DNA from: a virus
Length of the DNA stretch: 64,000 bases
Virus record (IMG/VR): IMGVR_UViG_3300005573_000062
Coordinates: 62,099-126,098 of that record
Reading direction: 5' to 3' (one strand)
Part shown: positions 58,022 to 64,000 of the stretch, piece after piece
Layout of the letters: every line of letters starts with the position of its first letter
Numbering within the stretch: the first letter of the stretch is position 1
Program-made: the position numbers and the translations under genes
Notes under the pieces: model-generated
What the model was told of the DNA's origin: nothing
The model's database searches: none
The model's input: the letters and a program-made list of their open reading frames with translations, nothing else

Positions 58022-58384
58022 ATGAATGCTAGAGACCTTAAAACCAATGACATGCCTTTTGGTATCATCGACGACCCCCTTGATAAGAAAATAATATTTC
58101 ACGGAAAAAATTGGAAAAAAGAATTCCGTGAATATGAATGTATACATGATATAAATAAGGATTATGAAATAAGAAAGATGATGTTTACATTCCTATTAGA
58201 TAATGCAATTCGTTTTAAAGATAAATACTGGGAAACTGAGTTGTATAAAAGAATGACAAAATCTTTCTATTTAGATTGTAACGATAAAGTAAAGTTGTTG
58301 GACCTACTTCATGATGCGATCGTAAAAGAAGACGAACTTGCTATTTACTTTTTAAAATGTCTTTTTATTAGTAAATTTAAATAG
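58022..58384 (+). CDS. hypothetical protein (start uncertain; overlaps the putative omegaRNA)
   Basis: 120-aa ORF. Confidence 0.5.
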   Translation: MNARDLKTNDMPFGIIDDPLDKKIIFHGKNWKKEFREYECIHDINKDYEIRKMMFTFLLDNAIRFKDKYWETELYKRMTKSFYLDCNDKVKLLDLLHDAIVKEDELAIYFLKCLFISKFK

Positions 58385-58409
58385 GAAGCAAAATGTTATA
58401 GGAGAAGAA

Positions 58410-58724
58410 ATGTTTACATTAAAAGAAGAATTATTGAAGCGAGCAAAAAATCTAGCTAAAAAAAGAAATTCAAAAAATCTACAATCTTCTTTTGAATATA
58501 ACTTATTAAATCTCGTGGAACTTGCATACGATTCTGGCTTTCATGATGGGTGGTATGAAGGGATAGAAAAATGGAGTAATACAAATTCTATGAAATTTAA
58601 ATTAAAACAAACATTAAAAATATTTAATAGAATTAATTGGCGCAATGTATTCGCATGGATTATTTTACCTTTAATACCATGGGGACTCATTATTTTTTTG
58701 ATAATAAAGAGGTTCTTCAAATGA
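58410..58724 (+). CDS. C-terminally anchored membrane protein
   Basis: TM helix near the C-terminus. Confidence 0.6.
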   Translation: MFTLKEELLKRAKNLAKKRNSKNLQSSFEYNLLNLVELAYDSGFHDGWYEGIEKWSNTNSMKFKLKQTLKIFNRINWRNVFAWIILPLIPWGLIIFLIIKRFFK

Positions 58725-59185
58725 TTCATTACACCAAAGGAAATATTCTTGAAAGTTCTGCCAAAGTGTTGGTTAACCCTGTCAATACTGTGGGAGTAAT
58801 GGGGAAAGGATTAGCTCTACAATTCAAAAAAGAATATCCATTTAATTTTTCAGAGTACAAAGAAGTATGCAAAGAAAAAAAATTAAATATAGGCGGATAT
58901 TTAGCTGTAAAAGAGAAAAATAAAATAATATTAAATATTCCTACAAAAGAAGATTGGAGGAATCCTTCAAAATATGAATATGTTGAAGCAGGATTAAAAG
59001 CTATATCAAAATTTTTAAAGGAACGACCATTTGGCGATAATGATCCTGAAGCTAAAATTGACTCCATTGCCATCCCTCCACTAGGGTGCGGGAATGGAGG
59101 ATTAGAATGGGAGAAAGTAAAACAGTTAATAGAATCATATTTAGGTAATATAAATTTAAATATTTTGGTATACGTTCCAAATTGA
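58721..59185 (+). CDS. DarG-like macrodomain (ADP-ribosyl hydrolase)
   Basis: GNILES, LVNPVNTVGVMGKGLALQFK, PTKEDW, AIPPLGCGNGGLEW; start at ATG 58721. Confidence 0.92.
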   Translation: MIHYTKGNILESSAKVLVNPVNTVGVMGKGLALQFKKEYPFNFSEYKEVCKEKKLNIGGYLAVKEKNKIILNIPTKEDWRNPSKYEYVEAGLKAISKFLKERPFGDNDPEAKIDSIAIPPLGCGNGGLEWEKVKQLIESYLGNINLNILVYVPN

Positions 59186-59233
59186 TGCTTGACAAAACTT
59201 TTAAAAAAATTGTATACATAAAAGGAGGATTGT

Positions 59234-59827
59234 ATGAAAAGTAAATTAAAAGAATGTAGAGATGAATATATTTCAAGTAAAGTAAGTTATTATAGTTTTG
59301 AAGATATAGAAAATATTACAAGGGAAATTGATAATTTTATTAATTATTGTAATGCCGATGTTAAAGGCATTGAAGGATTACTTAAATGTAAACATGATTA
59401 CATATCTGCATTAAAAGATGATGATAAACAATTGGAACGTTCTAAAATTATTGATTTATTTCTCCTCTATTTTGAGAAACAATACTTACCAAGAAAGAAT
59501 AATCCTATAGTTAAGGTAAGAGTAAAAAATGGAAAAGATACATTAGAATTTGATTCGCTTAATTATGGCGAAATTATAGATATGCTGTTGAATATTGAAA
59601 AATCTTATAACGAACATTCTAATTTTAAAATAATACATGGATTAATAGGAATGCTAATTAGTTTATCATATCATTTAAAAAAGGTAAATAAAAGAAATAT
59701 CAATGTTGCACAAGCTAAAGAATATTTTAGAAAACAATCTCCCGAGAATATACTTACTCTATTTCAAAATATTATCAATATTGAACGAAAAGAATTTGTA
59801 ATAATTAATGAAATTAATAATAAATGA
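59234..59827 (+). CDS. hypothetical protein
   Basis: AAGGAGG RBS; upstream TTGACA. Confidence 0.65.
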   Translation: MKSKLKECRDEYISSKVSYYSFEDIENITREIDNFINYCNADVKGIEGLLKCKHDYISALKDDDKQLERSKIIDLFLLYFEKQYLPRKNNPIVKVRVKNGKDTLEFDSLNYGEIIDMLLNIEKSYNEHSNFKIIHGLIGMLISLSYHLKKVNKRNINVAQAKEYFRKQSPENILTLFQNIINIERKEFVIINEINNK

Positions 59828-59845
59828 ATATTATAGGAGGAGAAA

Positions 59846-60079
59846 ATGGAAAAAGTATTATATAAAAGTCAGGTCTTATCTATGTTACAAACTTATTATG
59901 GGAAAAACATTGTATTAATAGATGACAAAGAATTACGAGATTGGTTTGAAAATTCAAATTATAAAAAATTAATAATCAAAGACAAAATGGGGGATGAAGA
60001 AACGATAGTTGATAAAGATCATTTTGCTGACTTTATGAGAGAACAGATAAATATATACAGACTAGTAACTGGAGAATAA
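59846..60079 (+). CDS. hypothetical protein, near-identical to 61411-61644
   Basis: 77-aa duplicate. Confidence 0.75.
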   Translation: MEKVLYKSQVLSMLQTYYGKNIVLIDDKELRDWFENSNYKKLIIKDKMGDEETIVDKDHFADFMREQINIYRLVTGE

Positions 60080-60276
60080 TAATGAGGAATGGAAAGTAAC
60101 AAAATTCGATGAATACAAACTCACAGATGCAGAAAGTCATAGAAGTGCTATAATAACAATAAAGGATGGGGTCTTCGATGAGTGTGAATTTCATGTGAAA
60201 GCTAATCCGTATAATTTAGAAGATTGGAAATTTCTATATAAAGTTGCTAAAAAAATTTTAGATCTAGAGAAAACGA

Positions 60277-60305
60277 TTGAAAGAATTTAGAAATTTATAT
60301 ATAAT
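60277..60305 (+). promoter_or_regulatory. sigma70-type promoter, leaderless
   Basis: TTGAAA-17-TATAAT; ATG 6 nt later. Confidence 0.75.
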
Positions 60306-60311
60306 ATACCT

Positions 60312-60527
60312 ATGATTAGGACATATTGGGGTGAAATTTGTGAGATAATAGCAGCAGATTTAAAAGCAGGATGCTGTGATATTATATTTCAGGATAAAAA
60401 AATAGGACATGTCATGATTAGTGATTTACTTTTCGATGAAGAAGATGCCAGATATATAAAAAATAAAATCTGGGAAAAACCTGATTGCACTAATTGTAGT
60501 CTAAATTGCCAATATAGAAGAAAATGA
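60312..60527 (+). CDS. small Cys-rich protein
   Basis: Leaderless start. Confidence 0.55.
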   Translation: MIRTYWGEICEIIAADLKAGCCDIIFQDKKIGHVMISDLLFDEEDARYIKNKIWEKPDCTNCSLNCQYRRK

Positions 60528-60544
60528 AAAATAAGGAGTAAAAT

Positions 60545-60721
60545 ATGAAGAAAAAAATAACATATAGAGAACCACCTGATGGCTATACATTTGCGACTTG
60601 TGAAATATGTGGTTGTGACATTACTGAAGGTGATGAATGTTGGTATGTTGGTGATGGAACATACATTTGCGATAACGATGAATGTATAAAAGAATGGGAA
60701 AATGATAAGGAGGAAAAATAA
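60545..60721 (+). CDS. small zinc-finger protein (not in ORF track)
   Basis: AAGGAG RBS; MKKKITY...CEICG...ICDNDEC. Confidence 0.6.
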   Translation: MKKKITYREPPDGYTFATCEICGCDITEGDECWYVGDGTYICDNDECIKEWENDKEEK

Positions 60722-61008
60722 AAAAATATAAAGAAGTCGTTTTAAACAAATGTCAAGGGGGCTTCGGATTGTCTGAAATTGCGCACAAAAAATTAATTAA
60801 ATTGGGTATTCCAGCTGCGCAGTTGTATTACGAGCCAATTGATAGAGAGGATCCTCGGCTTATTAAAGTAGTTAAAAAGTTGGGGGAAAAAGCAAATGGC
60901 CCTCTTGCTAACTTAAAAATTGTTAAAATTCCAGCAGATATTAAATATGAAATAGAGGAGTGCAATGGTGTTGAATGGTTGGTAGATGAACATAGATTTT
61001 GGAAATGA
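60718..61008 (+). CDS. conserved phage hypothetical protein, probable ATA start
   Basis: VVLNKCQGGFGLS...REDPRLIKVV..LGEKANG..A.LKIV.IP motif extends upstream of the TTG at 60769. Confidence 0.6.
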   Translation: MKKYKEVVLNKCQGGFGLSEIAHKKLIKLGIPAAQLYYEPIDREDPRLIKVVKKLGEKANGPLANLKIVKIPADIKYEIEECNGVEWLVDEHRFWK

Positions 61009-61038
61009 GACCAATTAAATTATTTAAGGAGTAAAAAC

Positions 61039-61317
61039 ATGTCAAAAGAATTAGAACCAAAAGAAATATTTAAAGAAGAATTTCAAAAAGCTTTGTCGAA
61101 ACTTGAAAAACAATTTGATTTGTCCTATTTTGGAATAAAAATAATACTAACTGAATATTCTGAAAGTTTTGAGAAATGGAAAGAAGAAATTATTATAGAC
61201 ACTAATGAAAAATCGTATTGTGCTTTTTGTGGAAAGGAAACGCATTTTCACGATTATGATAAACATATTTATATTTGTGCAAAATGTTATGGAGATTTGA
61301 ATGGTTCAAAAAATTAA
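61039..61317 (+). CDS. zinc-finger hypothetical protein
   Basis: CAFCG...ICAKC. Confidence 0.6.
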   Translation: MSKELEPKEIFKEEFQKALSKLEKQFDLSYFGIKIILTEYSESFEKWKEEIIIDTNEKSYCAFCGKETHFHDYDKHIYICAKCYGDLNGSKN

Positions 61318-61410
61318 AAATTTGAATATAAACAAATTAATTAAAAAATTAAATAAAATGTATAGAACTGATTGGGAACTTAGCACAAATTAATGTTATA
61401 GGAGGAGAAA

Positions 61411-61644
61411 ATGGAAAAAGCATTATATAAAAGCCAAGTATTTTCTATGTTACAAACTTATTATGAAAAAGATATTGTATTAATAGATGACAAAGAATTA
61501 CAAGATTGGTTTGAACATTCAAATTATAAAAAATTAATTATCAAAGATAAAATGGGAGATGAAGAAACGATAGTTGATAAAGATCATTTTGCTGAATATA
61601 TGAGAGAACAAATAAATATATATAGATTAATAACTGGAGAATAA
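61411..61644 (+). CDS. hypothetical protein, near-identical to 59846-60079
   Basis: 77-aa duplicate. Confidence 0.75.
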   Translation: MEKALYKSQVFSMLQTYYEKDIVLIDDKELQDWFEHSNYKKLIIKDKMGDEETIVDKDHFAEYMREQINIYRLITGE

Positions 61645-61656
61645 TCAGGAGGGAAA

Positions 61657-62046
61657 ATGAAAAAATTAACTAATAAATACATCTACTATAAACCAGCTAG
61701 TATAATTGCGTGGGATATTTTTAGGATAATAAAAGATAAGGTAGATTTAGGTACCCCAATAAATGAAGCTAAAAAAGATCTTGCATTTATAAATAATATA
61801 CATGAGAGTATTAAAATAATGTCAGTACTCTCTAAACAAAATTTAAATAAGGAAATAATAAATATATCTAATTGGTATCCAGTTCAACAGATTATTGAAG
61901 ATATTTCAAAAAATATTACAGAAAAAGTCAATTCAGGAATTAGTTTTAATATAGCAAAAAAAGACACTTTAAAAGACCTAAATGAAGTTATTAAAGCTAT
62001 CAAGATTCTTACTAATATAAATATAGATCTATGGATAAAAAAATAA
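61657..62046 (+). CDS. hypothetical protein with internal duplication
   Basis: AKKDLAF..SIKIM / AKKDTLK..AIKIL. Confidence 0.6.
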   Translation: MKKLTNKYIYYKPASIIAWDIFRIIKDKVDLGTPINEAKKDLAFINNIHESIKIMSVLSKQNLNKEIINISNWYPVQQIIEDISKNITEKVNSGISFNIAKKDTLKDLNEVIKAIKILTNINIDLWIKK

Positions 62047-62076
62047 ATATGTTGAATTTTTTAGGAGGAGGAATAT

Positions 62077-62289
62077 ATGAAATCCAATAAATCTAAATTC
62101 GTAACAATTTCATTTCCTAATATAGACAATGAAAAAATGAAATATATGATAGAGGCAGAACAAGCTTTAATAAAAGCAGGAATCCATTTTGATACAGGAT
62201 ATGATAGTTGTGAGAAAAGAAGGGATTGGTTTTTTGATTGGTCGTTAAAAGGAGCAATTGTAAAAGAACAAAAAAATAATCTGTCATGA
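62077..62289 (+). CDS. small conserved phage protein
   Basis: GIHFDTG...RDW..DWSLKG. Confidence 0.65.
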   Translation: MKSNKSKFVTISFPNIDNEKMKYMIEAEQALIKAGIHFDTGYDSCEKRRDWFFDWSLKGAIVKEQKNNLS

Positions 62290-63299
62290 GGGTTAACATG
62301 GATATTAATTTAGCCACAATTCAAATTATTAAAGACATTCAACCAATCCCTAATGCTGATTCAATTGAAGTAGCAACTGTTCTTGGTTGGAAAGTAGTTG
62401 TTAAAAAAGGAGAATTTAAAATAGGGGATAAGATTATCTATTGTGAAATAGATAGTTGGATTCCGAATAATATTGCTCCTTTTCTTTCTAAAGGGCAATC
62501 ACCAAAAGAATATAATGGAATTCTTGGAGAAAGATTAAAGACCGTTAAATTAAGAGGACAAATATCACAAGGATTAATATTGCCTTTATCCATTCTGCCA
62601 AATAAAGAATATAAAGAAGGGGATGATGTTACCCAAGAATTAGGGATATTGAAATGGATAAAACCTGTCCCTATTAATATGCGTGGTTTAATAAAAGGAG
62701 ATTTTCCATCGTTTATACCTAAAACAGATGAAATAAGAATACAATCAAAACTTGAACTTTTAAAAGAAATAAAAGGAAAAGATATTTATGTTACCCAAAA
62801 AATTGATGGCACATCTGCTACCTATTATATCAAAGATGGAAATTTTGGAGTGTGTAGTAGAAATTTAGAATTAAAAGAAGGGGATAATATATATTGGAAT
62901 ATTGCTAAAAAGTATGATATAGAGAATAAATTGAGAAAATTAAATAAAAATATTGCTTTACAAGGAGAAATTGCAGGACCGGGGATACAAAAGAATCCAA
63001 TGAAATTATTTGAAGTAGGTATATTCTTTTTTAATGCATTTGACATAGATTCATATAAGTATTACAATTACACCCAATTAAATAATTTACTGATGCAACT
63101 AGAATTGCAAATGGTTCCATTGGTATCTATGTATTATGCTTTGCCTATTGAGTGGAGTATTGATATTATGTTAAAAATGGCTGAAATAAAATATGACTCA
63201 GGGGCGATAGGCGAAGGAATTGTTGTGCGTACTATGGATAACCCTTTGATCTCTTTTAAAGTGCTAAATAATAAATATTTATTAAAAAACGATGAATAG
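62286..63299 (+). CDS. RNA ligase (DRB0094/Rnl5-type, N-terminal OB fold)
   Basis: PIPNADSIE, YCEIDS, LRGQISQG, PKTDE, KIDGTS, CSRN, QGE, EGIVVR, SFKV. Confidence 0.92.
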   Translation: MRVNMDINLATIQIIKDIQPIPNADSIEVATVLGWKVVVKKGEFKIGDKIIYCEIDSWIPNNIAPFLSKGQSPKEYNGILGERLKTVKLRGQISQGLILPLSILPNKEYKEGDDVTQELGILKWIKPVPINMRGLIKGDFPSFIPKTDEIRIQSKLELLKEIKGKDIYVTQKIDGTSATYYIKDGNFGVCSRNLELKEGDNIYWNIAKKYDIENKLRKLNKNIALQGEIAGPGIQKNPMKLFEVGIFFFNAFDIDSYKYYNYTQLNNLLMQLELQMVPLVSMYYALPIEWSIDIMLKMAEIKYDSGAIGEGIVVRTMDNPLISFKVLNNKYLLKNDE

Positions 63300-63301
63300 A
63301 A

Positions 63302-63427
63302 GTCTGCAGACACCTATGAGAGGACTACCAAAAGGTCTCGTCCTGCGGGAATGCCTCTCTAAAAAAGGTACCTTCCCTCCAACAAAAGCCTGCAAGGCTT
63401 TTCCTGATAGGGATAGGGGGGAAGGTC
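63302..63427 (+). ncRNA. candidate structured RNA downstream of the RNA ligase
   Basis: GC-rich island with several nested stems. Confidence 0.4.
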
Positions 63428-63684
63428 AAAAAATAAAGAGGGAAAAATGGAAAAATTGGAATGTTATAAATGGAGTAGATGTTTTACAATCCATATGGAA
63501 TATTCTTATCAGAATAATAAAATGATTAATATTTCTACTAGTAATATTAATTCTACTAGTAGTGGTAATATATCTTATTCTTACTGTCCAAAATGTGGGG
63601 CATTAGTCAAACACAATGAAGTACATCAATGCATACTAACTAGTTCAAGAACAGATGATTTAATTGGAGTTTAAAAATAAAACA

Positions 63685-64000
63685 ATGAGAAAACTAGATC
63701 GAATTAAAGAAATTTACAATATGGAAAATATGGACGAAGTGATTTCTTTTCTCCTTCGGCATAAATTTTTGATTCCAACTTTGTTGAGATTACCTACATA
63801 CATTTCAAAAATATATAAAAATAAAATAGATCTATGGCTTGAAGTTGATACAGATCCAGAATCAGGAGATCAAGAATTGTTTGTTTTGGTTAAGGATAAT
63901 CTTCCTATTGATGAATCAGAAAAACTACTTTATAAATTATGCAACAAATTTTATTTTAAATTGGATAGGAAAATAATAATGAGGTTGAATATTTCAAATG
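63685..64000 (+). CDS. hypothetical protein, 3'-truncated by the window
   Basis: Open frame MRKLDRIKEIY...LEVDTDPE. Confidence 0.6.
   Translation, partial: MRKLDRIKEIYNMENMDEVISFLLRHKFLIPTLLRLPTYISKIYKNKIDLWLEVDTDPESGDQELFVLVKDNLPIDESEKLLYKLCNKFYFKLDRKIIMRLNISN

Noticed and set aside
1-64000. Alternative genetic code
   Set aside because: Conserved genes are full length under code 11, and TAA, TAG and TGA all serve as stops
1-64000. Apparent abundance of CTAG/TCTAGA and GATC sites (lack of restriction-site avoidance)
   Set aside because: Impression only; it needs k-mer observed/expected counts that I cannot run

Overview
A 64-kb, very AT-rich segment of a large dsDNA bacteriophage-like genome. 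It uses genetic code 11, GGAGG Shine-Dalgarno sites and sigma70-type promoters with consensus TTGAA[A/C/T]-N17-TATAAT. I recognised no capsid, tail or large terminase gene. There are three transcription blocks. (1) 1-33.2 kb, + strand: replication/recombination genes (SF2 helicase, DnaC-like, DnaB, primase, Cas4/RecB-like nuclease, SSB-like, RecA, NusG paralog, a Rad50/SbcC split in two around Mre11/SbcD, MT-A70 methylase, PolB). These are followed by a nucleotide/DNA hypermodification cluster (dCMP deaminase, MazG, UDP-galactopyranose-mutase-like flavoenzyme, glycosyltransferase, dNMP kinase, UDG, dCMP-type thymidylate synthase homolog), sigma-like genes and acidic hypotheticals. (2) 33.3-56.2 kb, - strand: accessory/early genes (FtsK, RuvC-like, YopX, ankyrins, HD, MoxR-vWA, a large paralog family) and several non-coding structured elements. 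(3) 57-64 kb, + strand: solo TnpB, DarG-like macrodomain, RNA ligase and small ORFs. The best novelty candidates are a predicted furanosyl-hydroxymethylcytosine DNA modification pathway, a promoter-driven ~400-nt non-coding region with three covarying hairpins, a four-copy bulged-A leader hairpin, and an apparently domesticated TnpB. All functional calls come from motif recognition by eye; no searches were run.
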